64,000 bases of DNA from a virus: positions 1 to 64,000 of IMG/VR virus record IMGVR_UViG_3300013115_000353; one strand, 5' to 3'. The translations under genes and the position numbers were made by a program. Under the pieces are notes generated by a model, which was not told the origin of the DNA, did no database searches, and was given only the letters and a program-made list of their open reading frames with translations. Below are positions 1 through 9,920 of this stretch, piece after piece; within the stretch, counting starts at the first letter, position 1, and each line of letters begins with the position of its first letter.

Positions 1-468
1 AGCATTGAGCAGATCGATACCGCCAGTGATCTGGCTTGCTACCTCGGCGCCACCATAAATGGAACCAGTGTAGATGTTACCAAGTCGACCGCGACCCGTG
101 CCACCAGCGGTGGTACCCCCTGCGTCCGGTGAGAACACAAAGTCCAGGAAGAAGATAAGTCCGCTTGGCAGACTCATCGGCTGAACACTAACGAGATCGT
201 TGGCGATCAGCCCTGCGAAAACCCGACGGACAATAGGGAATGCGACGGCAGCAAAGCCCTCAACATCTCCAGCAGCCATGGTAGAGTTTTCTCGTAGAAG
301 CTCCTTTGCTTGGTTTTCAAGCAATCGAGCCATTGCGTTGCGGGAATGATCGGCGCCGATACCTTCCAGTAGACCGGTCCGCTCCCACTTATTTAATAAC
401 GCGTGACTTTCGGCACGCATATCACGATTGACCACGCCTTCGGTCAAACGTTCAATAATACTAGACAT
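1..468 (-). CDS. gp23: Major capsid protein, T4 gp23-like (N-terminal part; runs off window)
   Basis: Manual translation MSSIIERLTEGVVNRD...LLENQAKELL...FPIVRRVFAGLIANDLVSVQPMSLPSGLIFFLDF is the classic gp23 signature; SD GGAGGTGA at 475-482. Confidence 0.95.
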   Translation of the reverse strand, partial: MSSIIERLTEGVVNRDMRAESHALLNKWERTGLLEGIGADHSRNAMARLLENQAKELLRENSTMAAGDVEGFAAVAFPIVRRVFAGLIANDLVSVQPMSLPSGLIFFLDFVFSPDAGGTTAGGTGRGRLGNIYTGSIYGGAEVASQITGGIDLLNA

Positions 469-497
469 TAAAAATCACCTCCTTAATTGTAATTTGA

Positions 498-1688
498 TTA
501 TATTATTCCAGCTAACTTTTTCATCCGTTCCGTATGTGGATCGGCTGAAGGCTTCTCAGTTGCCCGAGATGCCCGGATGACAGAAGACCGCCGACCAATT
601 GCCTCGCTCAGTGATTGTGGGCTCTTCTTAGGAGTAGCCTCCACTGTGCTTTGAAGCGTATCATAGATCGTTCTTGCTTCTGTAACTGAACCGGCACTGG
701 AAATAGCTTCGGCAATTTTTGATTTTTGCCGCTCATTAAAGGAGGTATTTCTTAAAACACGGTTCGTGTAAAGCAAGCGAGCGTTAGAAAGATTTACATC
801 TTGTAAATTCTCCTTAAGCTCTTGAAATGCTTGCTTATATTGTGAGTTTTGCTCTGTGAGTTGTTTATTTTCGAAAACTAACTCTTCTTGAGCCTTCTTC
901 ATAACTTGTAATTCGTCTTCTATATCAGTACTGCGGCGGTGCGCTAGCGCTCTCGCGAGTTCATACTTGATATCTTCGGATGAGCGTCCCGCCCAACCGC
1001 TTAATTCGGCGCCCATGTCTACAGTGAGTCGCTCTACGATAGCGTCAACAAGATCATCGCGCGAAAGTTTCTCGCCTAGACCTTTTCCGCCATCAAATTC
1101 TTCTGTTTCTGCTGCTTCTTCTGCGGCGGTGGCTTCTCCGGCTGCACCGCTAGATTCAGGTGATGCCATTTCACCAGCTTCCTCAGTCCCGCCTTCAGCT
1201 TCTGTGTCGTCATCATCGGCCAACTCTAACAATGCGTCCAATTCTGCTTCGTTGATTTCAATTTCGTCTTCTTCAGAAAGCTTTTCGATGGCTTCTTGAA
1301 GGGCTCCTAAATCAATAGACAATTCCACATCCTCGCCACTAGCCGGGAAGTTCTTAAGATTCTTTCCTTCTAATTCTCCAAAGTCGTTGGTCGCTCCGAG
1401 CGGAATATCATCTTCCTCGTCCAGAGCTTCGACTTCTTCGCCGGTACCACCTTCTTCTCCTGCGGGCGCGAGAGGATCCGCAACGGGATCCGGAACGGCT
1501 GCAGCAGGATCTACGGCTGCTTCGGCGCCGCCGACATCAAAGCCCAGATCTTCTTGTTCTAATAACTGCTCTAAAGTGCTCTTAACTTCTTCTGAATATT
1601 TTTCGATAACAACGGTTTCTGCATTCTTTAACGCAGCCTGACGCAAGGCGGTCGCGTCGACAATTGCTTCGTTGAGAAGGTTTGACAT
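498..1688 (-). CDS. Prohead core/scaffolding protein (gp22-like)
   Basis: Very acidic, coiled-coil C-terminus ending RMKKLAGI, many [LI]xE sites, directly upstream of capsid gene; start MSNLLNE at 1688 has SD GGAG. Confidence 0.8.
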   Translation of the reverse strand: MSNLLNEAIVDATALRQAALKNAETVVIEKYSEEVKSTLEQLLEQEDLGFDVGGAEAAVDPAAAVPDPVADPLAPAGEEGGTGEEVEALDEEDDIPLGATNDFGELEGKNLKNFPASGEDVELSIDLGALQEAIEKLSEEDEIEINEAELDALLELADDDDTEAEGGTEEAGEMASPESSGAAGEATAAEEAAETEEFDGGKGLGEKLSRDDLVDAIVERLTVDMGAELSGWAGRSSEDIKYELARALAHRRSTDIEDELQVMKKAQEELVFENKQLTEQNSQYKQAFQELKENLQDVNLSNARLLYTNRVLRNTSFNERQKSKIAEAISSAGSVTEARTIYDTLQSTVEATPKKSPQSLSEAIGRRSSVIRASRATEKPSADPHTERMKKLAGII

Positions 1689-1765
1689 AAATTGACTCCT
1701 AATTTGACAATAGTTCAAAAATAAGTAGTATTATGGTAGCGTAAAATCCATTTTTAATGGTGGCA

Positions 1766-4700
1766 TCACCACGTATCAATCGCCACCCTCTTCCATGTGT
1801 CAGTAGCAACACAAATATAAATATAACTTGCGTCCCATCGAATCTCGCCTTGGACTCCTAAATCACTTGCGCTAGAAGGGGTGCCCGCGGTCCTGATACG
1901 TATTGCGTTAGCATTAACATCCAACGTCATTGATGGGTCTGTTGTCCCAATTCCAACTTTTCCGGCTACATATACATCTCCACTTCCGCTCGCATAAAAA
2001 GCGGGGTTTTTGGTATCACTTTTAAGAGAAATCAGTTTATCTGTATCCGAGCCGCTTACATTTAACTTGGCGTCAAGGTGTAAGCCGCCAACTACAACTT
2101 GGCCCGAGCCAGTTATAGCCATCGCAATTGGATTTGAAGGCGTTTCGAAAATTGCTAAAACCGAACTATCAGAACCACTGACATGAATCTTCGCGTCCGA
2201 ATCGATGCCCGTACCAATATCAACGGTAGCATCAACAATTAAATCCGATGTCACTCTAGTTGTTACAGATGATGTAATGGCGTTCGTTCCGCCATCCATC
2301 CGGAGATATTCCGTAGCCAGCGTACCTCCGGTTGTCACCTCAAAAGTCATGAAGCCCGCTTCAGATGTGTTAGTAGGGCTTCCGACTTTGGTGGTTATCT
2401 TTCCATACTGAGTACCAGTAGCAGTGCTGTCTTGCGCCATGAAGACAACCCCTCCGCAGAAATCATTCGCTTGTCCAGCGTTACTACCTGCGCGGGTGTT
2501 TTGAAGCCTAAGCAGAGAACCGTACGCATCATTCGCTGTGTTGGCCAAGCGTCCCGCGGCGGGTGAAGTGCTCTGTACATCTAAGGGGAGTGTTGGTGTC
2601 CCACCAATTCCCAGATCGGAATTAAACACTGCCGTACCTGCTGGATCTAAAGTCATATTTCCATCGATTGTAAATGTAAGGTCAGCAGCGGCAGCGTCAT
2701 CATCAACCGTTGTGATCGTGGTTGCGCCGTGGGTGGTGGTTTGAATCTGGAAATAATCGCCGCTATCGGCTGAGCTTTCAATTCTAAGATCAACGCCACC
2801 GTCCTCGACATCAAGCTGAAGTCCGTAGTTGACATCACCGCCGCCTGCTTCGATCCTTGCACCTTGAACTAAGCTACTGCCGTTTGTTCCGCCTTGCGCG
2901 TTAATAAACGCACCGTATAGAAAGGCACCTCCAGCATCAGCAGCGTGCGTAAGCGTCGGCGTGACGTGTAAGCCATACATGTAGTTGTTGCCATTGGTGG
3001 CTGTGGTGTTGTCCATATCAAGCTGGATACCATACATGGTATTGTCTGACGTGGAAGCGCCGGTCTTATCCCAGTCTATATGCAAGCCGGTTATTGAGGC
3101 TTCAGTGAGATCCGAGTAATTCTTGTCTAGTTTTATTCCTGTTGTGCCGCCGTCTGACTGAACTGCTAATGCTTGGGCGTTAATTGCTGCAGCATTATTC
3201 TGAATTATGAGGGCGGTATTTCTTGTTCCTGTGTTAGCTGAATTGTCATCAACATAAAGAGCATTACCGGTGGTTAAACCATCGGCGCCAATAGCAAGAA
3301 CTCTTGCTGTTGTTACATCGTTTGCTGTTATGTTAACTACATTTGCGTCAATATTGCCAGCATTAATATCAACACATTGTTGGTCAGTGTCGTTGTTGTT
3401 TAGTTGCAGAAGGGGCACTCCAAAGGCGCCGGCAGAAGCATGATTTTTTATTTCCACTGTGGCGCCAGGAGATCCTGTGTTGTCGCCAATACTCATCCTA
3501 TTGGAAGAGCCCTCAATAAAAAGCATATGGGATTCATCAGCAGTTTCAACTCTAAAGTCAATGTCAACGCCGGCCTCATTAAAAGTTACTTCGTTTTGAG
3601 TATCCTCAGTGAGATCTAGAAAATTGACGCCGCCGGCTTGAAAGTTTATGTCGTCAGTTGTAAAGGTGATATATGTATCTGGATCGCCAGTATGAACTAT
3701 TTGATCTTCGACGTAGAAAGCAGATGCTGAAATGTTTATCGAAGCTGAAAGATTGCCGTCAACGATAACATTACTTCCGGCAGGGTCTAAAACAATATTT
3801 CCATCAACACTACATGTAAGATGAGCAGCGGCAGCATCAGCATCGTTAGTACTCAGCGTCGTCGCACCGGCCGCCCCAACCGAGATCTTAAACTGATCGA
3901 GTAGATGATCTGGTGATCGTGCTACAAGATGAGTACCGTCATTGGGTACGGTGATATCAATCCCGGTATTAGTGTCAGCACCGGCCAGATTTATAGCCAC
4001 ACCCTTCATGGACTGCGTGCCCGATGCTCCACCAGTCATTTTGCAATCTATTCCAGTTGACTCAAGCGTACCTACTTGCGTTGCTGAATCCTGATTAAAA
4101 TGAATTGCTAGGGCATCATGAATTGCTGTTTGGCCCGTTGCAACTATACCAGTGACATCATAATCAATAAGCAAGCCCTGCGGATCGGTTGTATAATTGC
4201 CGATACTTGTAGTGCCAGTATAATCTCTGTCAATTTTTATAGCTGGTATAGCGGTGTTAGAAGCATTTGTCGCTGTTAAAGTATTACCATCAAAAGTCAT
4301 ATTAGCTTCCACATCAGCCTGCGTGGCGCCACCATAGGTAACCACACCATTAGCAGTAGAACCATTAAAAGAAATACCACCCCCAGCCGATTCAGTTAAT
4401 ACTAGTTTACCGACAGCATCTACACTCACAAAACTACCAGGGCCTGCCGCTGAGCCGCTTGCAAGTCCTTGAAATGTTACGTCTGTTCCTGCTTTTAATG
4501 TGCCGGATCCTGAAATATTGTTAAAAGTAGAGGTACCAGTAGATGTGATAGCTCCACACCCAACAGTGCCTAATGTTGCAATGTTTTTACTACCATCAAC
4601 GACAACAGCTTTATTTGCTGTAGCAGTTCCGTCAGTGATACCATCAAGTTTTTCTAAATCAGTTTCATTTATATTCGCACTACCAATAATAAAGCTATTA

Positions 4701-5224
4701 CCCGCTGTAACAGAACCAGTAACAAAAACAGAAGCACCAAACTTTGCGGCCCCAACATTCTTTAATACTCCAGAGCCTGAAATATCACCTGCAACCGTTA
4801 ATTCATCTGTTGGGCTTGCGATACCGATGCCGAGTTTACCCTCACCAGTCAGTTTGAGTAATGATGTTGATCCAGCGGCATTGTCTACTATCAATGCAGC
4901 ATCGGAAGAGTTCGTACCTGCGCGCACATAAGGACCATAAGATTGCCCTGTAGTGGTGCTAGCTCTAAAGCTGGCTACGTATTGGTTTGCATCGCCATTA
5001 ACTTGCAGACCCTCAACCCCAGAATTCGAATCAATTTGTAAAGTGTGGGAAGGGTTCGTCGTCCCAATACCAACATTGCCAGCGGATCCAGAAATAGCGA
5101 GGCGAGTGGTGCCCCCAGTCTTTAGACCAATGTAATCTTCTTCCCAATCTAATTGAGTATCTGTGTCTGTTTCGTACTTTAAATCGCCAAAATCACGCGA
5201 TCCCGATGATTGATTATATGCCAT
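1766..5224 (-). CDS. Long tail fibre / virion structural protein
   Basis: 1152 aa G/S/T/A/D-rich; repeated GNVGIGTTxP and SGS motifs; C-terminal YIYICVATDTWKRVAI typical of phage fibre ends. Confidence 0.75.
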   Translation of the reverse strand: MAYNQSSGSRDFGDLKYETDTDTQLDWEEDYIGLKTGGTTRLAISGSAGNVGIGTTNPSHTLQIDSNSGVEGLQVNGDANQYVASFRASTTTGQSYGPYVRAGTNSSDAALIVDNAAGSTSLLKLTGEGKLGIGIASPTDELTVAGDISGSGVLKNVGAAKFGASVFVTGSVTAGNSFIIGSANINETDLEKLDGITDGTATANKAVVVDGSKNIATLGTVGCGAITSTGTSTFNNISGSGTLKAGTDVTFQGLASGSAAGPGSFVSVDAVGKLVLTESAGGGISFNGSTANGVVTYGGATQADVEANMTFDGNTLTATNASNTAIPAIKIDRDYTGTTSIGNYTTDPQGLLIDYDVTGIVATGQTAIHDALAIHFNQDSATQVGTLESTGIDCKMTGGASGTQSMKGVAINLAGADTNTGIDITVPNDGTHLVARSPDHLLDQFKISVGAAGATTLSTNDADAAAAHLTCSVDGNIVLDPAGSNVIVDGNLSASINISASAFYVEDQIVHTGDPDTYITFTTDDINFQAGGVNFLDLTEDTQNEVTFNEAGVDIDFRVETADESHMLFIEGSSNRMSIGDNTGSPGATVEIKNHASAGAFGVPLLQLNNNDTDQQCVDINAGNIDANVVNITANDVTTARVLAIGADGLTTGNALYVDDNSANTGTRNTALIIQNNAAAINAQALAVQSDGGTTGIKLDKNYSDLTEASITGLHIDWDKTGASTSDNTMYGIQLDMDNTTATNGNNYMYGLHVTPTLTHAADAGGAFLYGAFINAQGGTNGSSLVQGARIEAGGGDVNYGLQLDVEDGGVDLRIESSADSGDYFQIQTTTHGATTITTVDDDAAAADLTFTIDGNMTLDPAGTAVFNSDLGIGGTPTLPLDVQSTSPAAGRLANTANDAYGSLLRLQNTRAGSNAGQANDFCGGVVFMAQDSTATGTQYGKITTKVGSPTNTSEAGFMTFEVTTGGTLATEYLRMDGGTNAITSSVTTRVTSDLIVDATVDIGTGIDSDAKIHVSGSDSSVLAIFETPSNPIAMAITGSGQVVVGGLHLDAKLNVSGSDTDKLISLKSDTKNPAFYASGSGDVYVAGKVGIGTTDPSMTLDVNANAIRIRTAGTPSSASDLGVQGEIRWDASYIYICVATDTWKRVAIDTW

Positions 5225-5277
5225 TTATTTTCCTCTTTAGCTATAAGTAGTCTCTTGATGAATAGAAGTTTTATTTA

Positions 5278-8200
5278 TCAGGCTCTCAATAGCTCTTCAA
5301 CCTCAAATAATTTTTGTTCTTCCAAACCGAGTTCTCCTGGCGCAGCTTGACTGGCTACTTTCGCCTGGCGTGCCGCCCATATAAACGTTTTCTTTACGAC
5401 ATCATGAACCTCATTGTGCCAATCATCCCAATGTTCTACGAGGGCTTTTAATACTTCTACGAGTCCATCTGGATCGTCCATCGAGGCATAATACTCAATT
5501 CTTATAAAAATCTCAGTTGGCGATACTGAAAGTGTTTCTGTCTCTATGGGCGGATAATACGACTTGTTAACTGCTTCTTGTGCTGGTGTTGACATAGCTT
5601 TTCTCAAGGCAATTCGAAACTGCCGGCTTTCTGCTATTGCTGGTGCCGTCTCTTCGTTAACGCCTTTGAAATTTGCGCCGACGCCGGCTATCGCATCATT
5701 AATATCAGCATAAGAAACAGTAACGTCGGTGGTAAATCTTACGCTTTCCATTTCTCCATATTCATAACCTTCTTCGGCTTCGGCATCCCATTCAGAAGAA
5801 CTATATTCTCCGTTTAACACTTCCTGTCCCAGTTCTACAATAGCACCGCCTTCCATCCATCCTTCACGTTTAAAGAACACTTCACAAATCTGTTTTACAC
5901 CAGCGCCCTTGTCATCGCATTCGGTATCGACTAGCTGTGCGAACTCTTCGAAATTCTCCGGAGCCCAAGCATATTCTTGTCCGTTGAACCCTACAAGCTT
6001 TTGAGGAAGAATCTTGAAAGTTAGTACAATGTTGTGATTCTGGGCTCCAATATCTGATAGCTGAGCCCACGAATAACCTATGTCATTTAATTCGTATTCT
6101 ACGTACTCAGCTTGATTTTTATTGGGTAATGACTTCCATTCGCTTTTGCTCCATTTCAACATCATCGTTGCGTCTATATCAATAGCAACGCCGCCATCTC
6201 CATCGTCAAAAGCGCTTCCTTCTACCTCACAATATCTCATTCTATTGTTATATGTCTCGGTAAGATCATTGACAGCTTCTTGATATTGATCAACGAGCGC
6301 AACGCTCATCAAACTTGCATCTAGTCTGTCTTCTGTGTTGGTGTCTTGAACAATTCTGCCGTTAAATCCGAAGTTCTCATCTTCAGGCCATAAATTCTTT
6401 ATGAGAGAATTAACGAGATTATCTTGATATGAGCCGCCAAACTTTATGAACTGATCTAGATCGATCTGTTTAGTGCCGCCCCTAGTTGTCATATATATTG
6501 GCGCGCCCTCTATTTGTTCTTTTTGGTTCTCTTTTGCCCAGTCAAGGATTCTTTTCGCGAAGCCTGGAACTCCCCCCGCGCTTACAGCAGGATACGTGCG
6601 AATCTCTGGAATAGCCAACTCTATCCCCTCATAAGGGTTTCTACCAGCATATGTCTCCGGATCTTTGGTGTGTTCATAATATTTCACTTGACGCAATCGT
6701 ATTCTGGCGACAGGAAGAATCATTCCTGTGTCCACTAGTGGGCGTTCATCATCAAAAAATATTTCACCATCTTGGATTGCCCGTTCGGCACTTTCAATGT
6801 CATCAGTTTTAGTAGTTTCTAACAAGTTTTTTGTTTTCACCACATATGCAACTGCTCCGTGTCCGTGTGCTTCGGCAACAGCGCACTTATACTCAGCCGA
6901 TCCGCCACCCCTGGATGGAGGCGAGTGGCATGATTGGATATTTTCGAAATCGCTCATACGCAATACATCAATAGGGTGACGAGTAATGATGATAGAATAC
7001 TTGTCACTACCCTCCTTAGCTTTCGAAGCTTCTTTCTTGATAAACGCTGCGTTGTCTCGCCAATACTTAATAAGTTTTTGTATAGATTGCACAGATTCCA
7101 ATTGTGGAGGAAATGCCGCTATATCAGAACGCGCCATCATATAAATATAAGATTCTAGCCTATAATAGCTTTTAAGTTCTTCTTCGCTTAGTGCCTTTGC
7201 TATTTGGTTTCCGGTAAAACCGGCCGGCGGCCTCGGGCCTTCTTTAGAATAATAGTCTTCTACTTTTTGCCTTAATGCCTGGTATTTGGTTTGATATCCT
7301 AAAAGCTTAGCTAGCCATTTGCCGATTTTCATATTGATTTTTTTAGTCTGTGGCCCACCTTTGCCTGAGCCCATATCCAAAATTTGACTAGCAAAACCAG
7401 CGGGGCTAACATCTCGCAAGCGCCTATCGCCGCTTACCGTACCTTTATCCCAATCCACTGTATAGCCCATAATTCTCCATAAATCAATAAATTGTCCAAT
7501 CTCTGTAGATGTATCAAGTGTAGGAAAATTAATTACCAATCGGAGCTTTTCGTCGAAGAGTCTATTGAACGCTAAGTCTTTTGGATCCATTCCATTAAGA
7601 ATATCAGCAATGTGCCCAATCTCATCTACAGTAACTTCTTTGATCAGTCTCTCTGTATTTTCCAAAAGTTGTTCTTCCAGTGCATCAACCTCATATTCTT
7701 CAGCACCCATTTCTTGTGCGGTGGCGTGTCGCGCAGTCTTTCGAGATTGTAGTTCTACTTTACATTTTTCATAAACCGTCTTCACACGCGATACCTCTGG
7801 ATCGAGTTTTGTTTCGGCTTTCTCATCTAATTGTACTTCGTACATGCTTGGATTATCATAAAAGGAAGCAACTAAAGCGTCTAGATATAATATTTTATTT
7901 TTACATCCTAATCCGGGGGCAGCATCATAAGGAAAAAGCCATTTAAATTTAGCATGCATAATTCGATTCTGTGTCTCCGATACCGGTGGTGATCGTTTCC
8001 ACCCTTGCTTGGTTGTGTAAGTTTTAAATTTTTTAAAAAATGTATTACTGGGATCATCGAGATTCCACATAAAGTCAACAAACATATTATGATTGTCTTT
8101 GAACTCCTCAAGCTCGGGATCCCGTTCCGGTGGTACAGGGGGCCCGTGTTTTTCGAAATGAGGATGCTCAGGATCCCCTTCAAAGTGTTCCAATGCCGAT

Positions 8201-8919
8201 TGGTATTTAAATTCTTGAGAACGCTCTTGATCCATTAATCTTTTTATTTTCTTCCACGTGGGAGTTCTTTTGTGTGCCGTGGGGTTACTATACCCAGTCG
8301 TGTCCAGATCTGGCTCTACATCCCAATCACTCAATCTTTCATTTACCATCTGTTCTTCTATCTCCTCCGCGTATCCAACACGCCTAGCATCGATTTTAAC
8401 ATCGGGGTATTTTTCTTTTAAGCCAAGTACTGCTTCGACATTTTTTCCTGAGTCATCAAGGAACAGAACGTCCGTGGCGCCAGTTCTAATCTTGTCTTCA
8501 ATCCATCTGCTTTTTGCTATTGGGGCGCTATCTCCCAACAACACAAAATCAATCTTCGAAATATCAATTCCAATCTCTTCAAGATAATCTTGAATCGGAG
8601 CTTCCGCCACAGGATCTCTTGCTGTTAGTACAACATTTTGGCGCCCATCTGTTCCGGCGCCGATAACGTTTCTTAAAATATTCGTAACTTTTTTAACTTC
8701 ACGAGGATTGATAAGCTTATCAAATTCTGAGAAATCATATTCATTACGCGAATCTTTTTCGTGAGTAGCGTATTCCCCTGGTGTTAAAGTGGATTGTTTC
8801 CCGCCAGGATCCGTTACTTTGATTTTTGAATCTGATTTCACTAAAGTATCATCAAAATCAAAAACACGTAATTTTGTTTCAGTTAAATAGTTACGCCATA
8901 TATTGTTAAAATTCTTCAT
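5278..8919 (-). CDS. Large multidomain protein with N-terminal HAD-like domain; paralog of 41295..45620
   Basis: HAD motif I VFDFDDTL and FLDDSGKN; central SIIITRHPIDVLRMSD..SCH block shared with 41295..45620; start MKNFNNIWRNYLTE. Confidence 0.7.
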   Translation of the reverse strand: MKNFNNIWRNYLTETKLRVFDFDDTLVKSDSKIKVTDPGGKQSTLTPGEYATHEKDSRNEYDFSEFDKLINPREVKKVTNILRNVIGAGTDGRQNVVLTARDPVAEAPIQDYLEEIGIDISKIDFVLLGDSAPIAKSRWIEDKIRTGATDVLFLDDSGKNVEAVLGLKEKYPDVKIDARRVGYAEEIEEQMVNERLSDWDVEPDLDTTGYSNPTAHKRTPTWKKIKRLMDQERSQEFKYQSALEHFEGDPEHPHFEKHGPPVPPERDPELEEFKDNHNMFVDFMWNLDDPSNTFFKKFKTYTTKQGWKRSPPVSETQNRIMHAKFKWLFPYDAAPGLGCKNKILYLDALVASFYDNPSMYEVQLDEKAETKLDPEVSRVKTVYEKCKVELQSRKTARHATAQEMGAEEYEVDALEEQLLENTERLIKEVTVDEIGHIADILNGMDPKDLAFNRLFDEKLRLVINFPTLDTSTEIGQFIDLWRIMGYTVDWDKGTVSGDRRLRDVSPAGFASQILDMGSGKGGPQTKKINMKIGKWLAKLLGYQTKYQALRQKVEDYYSKEGPRPPAGFTGNQIAKALSEEELKSYYRLESYIYMMARSDIAAFPPQLESVQSIQKLIKYWRDNAAFIKKEASKAKEGSDKYSIIITRHPIDVLRMSDFENIQSCHSPPSRGGGSAEYKCAVAEAHGHGAVAYVVKTKNLLETTKTDDIESAERAIQDGEIFFDDERPLVDTGMILPVARIRLRQVKYYEHTKDPETYAGRNPYEGIELAIPEIRTYPAVSAGGVPGFAKRILDWAKENQKEQIEGAPIYMTTRGGTKQIDLDQFIKFGGSYQDNLVNSLIKNLWPEDENFGFNGRIVQDTNTEDRLDASLMSVALVDQYQEAVNDLTETYNNRMRYCEVEGSAFDDGDGGVAIDIDATMMLKWSKSEWKSLPNKNQAEYVEYELNDIGYSWAQLSDIGAQNHNIVLTFKILPQKLVGFNGQEYAWAPENFEEFAQLVDTECDDKGAGVKQICEVFFKREGWMEGGAIVELGQEVLNGEYSSSEWDAEAEEGYEYGEMESVRFTTDVTVSYADINDAIAGVGANFKGVNEETAPAIAESRQFRIALRKAMSTPAQEAVNKSYYPPIETETLSVSPTEIFIRIEYYASMDDPDGLVEVLKALVEHWDDWHNEVHDVVKKTFIWAARQAKVASQAAPGELGLEEQKLFEVEELLRA

Positions 8920-9065
8920 AGTTTGTCCATCCACTCATATACAACAATTACCAATACAACTTGAGAAATACAAAATGTTAAATACACTAAGCACGCCTTA
9001 ATATCTCCATAATAATCATAACCATCGTTCCAGAACTCTTTCCAAAATTCACGAACTTTGTTCAT
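8916..9065 (-). CDS. Small membrane protein (49 aa, not in ORF track)
   Basis: MNKVREFWKEFWNDGYDYYGDIKACLVYLTFCISQVVLVIVVYEWMDKL; fills the gap with an ATGA overlap. Confidence 0.5.
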   Translation of the reverse strand: MNKVREFWKEFWNDGYDYYGDIKACLVYLTFCISQVVLVIVVYEWMDKL

Positions 9066-9525
9066 CTTTAAGTTTTTCCATAGCCTTACTCAATATATAG
9101 TTTGGAATAATCGATTGTTCTAACTCTTTTATCTCGTCAATTGCCGCCCATTTGTAATCATCATGTTCGATTATGTCCGTTTTTGGGTTTGGTTTTAGCT
9201 CAATTTCCCCCGTCCAATTTGTTGCAACAAAAATATATCGTATCGCTTTTTCGAGATCGCGTTTAGCAACATACGTTAAATCATTTAGAGCGACAGTCAA
9301 CCCTGCCTCTTCATGAAGCTCTCTGGCTGCTCCAGCTTCTATAGAATTATCCGAAGGATCTATATGCCCCCCTGGTAAATCCCAAGACATAGGCTTGTGT
9401 TTGTCCGTTTTTGATCTCCGTAAAATCAAAATTTGCTGTTTGTCGTTAACGCATATAATTGATGCAATATTTTTCTTTTTATCTTCATTTAAAACTTCCT
9501 GCCAATTTTCAAGTAGGAGTTTCAT
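9049..9525 (-). CDS. NUDIX hydrolase with MKLLLENW leader
   Basis: Nudix box WDLPGGHID...AARELHEEAGL. Confidence 0.9.
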   Translation of the reverse strand: MKLLLENWQEVLNEDKKKNIASIICVNDKQQILILRRSKTDKHKPMSWDLPGGHIDPSDNSIEAGAARELHEEAGLTVALNDLTYVAKRDLEKAIRYIFVATNWTGEIELKPNPKTDIIEHDDYKWAAIDEIKELEQSIIPNYILSKAMEKLKDEQSS

Positions 9526-9920
9526 TCAGCCGGCCCCGTTATAGCCACTCCTACTCCACTGCCCAGGGCGGCTTTTAGAGTAACAGGTTTTCCCAACGCA
9601 ATTTTTTCCGCTAATTTGGGCTTTCCTGTTGCTGCGACAGAAAGAGATATCGCCCATACCGTTACCGCTTGGGCACTCTTAGGTATATATTTTTGAATAA
9701 ATTTGTTCACTGGCATTGTCATATCAGAGACTTTTCGAGAAGTTTTTATAAATTGCTCCAGAGCATCATCATAGATTTTCTCTTTAAGTTTCGCAGCGGC
9801 AGTCACAGAATCTTTGATAAAATCCCATATCTTTCCCTCTTCTAAAAGCTGTTTTTCAAAGTCATATTGAGAACAATCTTCGTTTAAATACTCTCGCCAA
9901 TTTTCAAGTAGGAGTTTCAT
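9522..9920 (-). CDS. Hypothetical (probable virion) protein with MKLLLENWREYLNE leader
   Basis: Same N-terminus as the NUDIX gene; 26-nt identical DNA at 9501-9526 and 9896-9921. Confidence 0.6.
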   Translation of the reverse strand: MKLLLENWREYLNEDCSQYDFEKQLLEEGKIWDFIKDSVTAAAKLKEKIYDDALEQFIKTSRKVSDMTMPVNKFIQKYIPKSAQAVTVWAISLSVAATGKPKLAEKIALGKPVTLKAALGSGVGVAITGPAE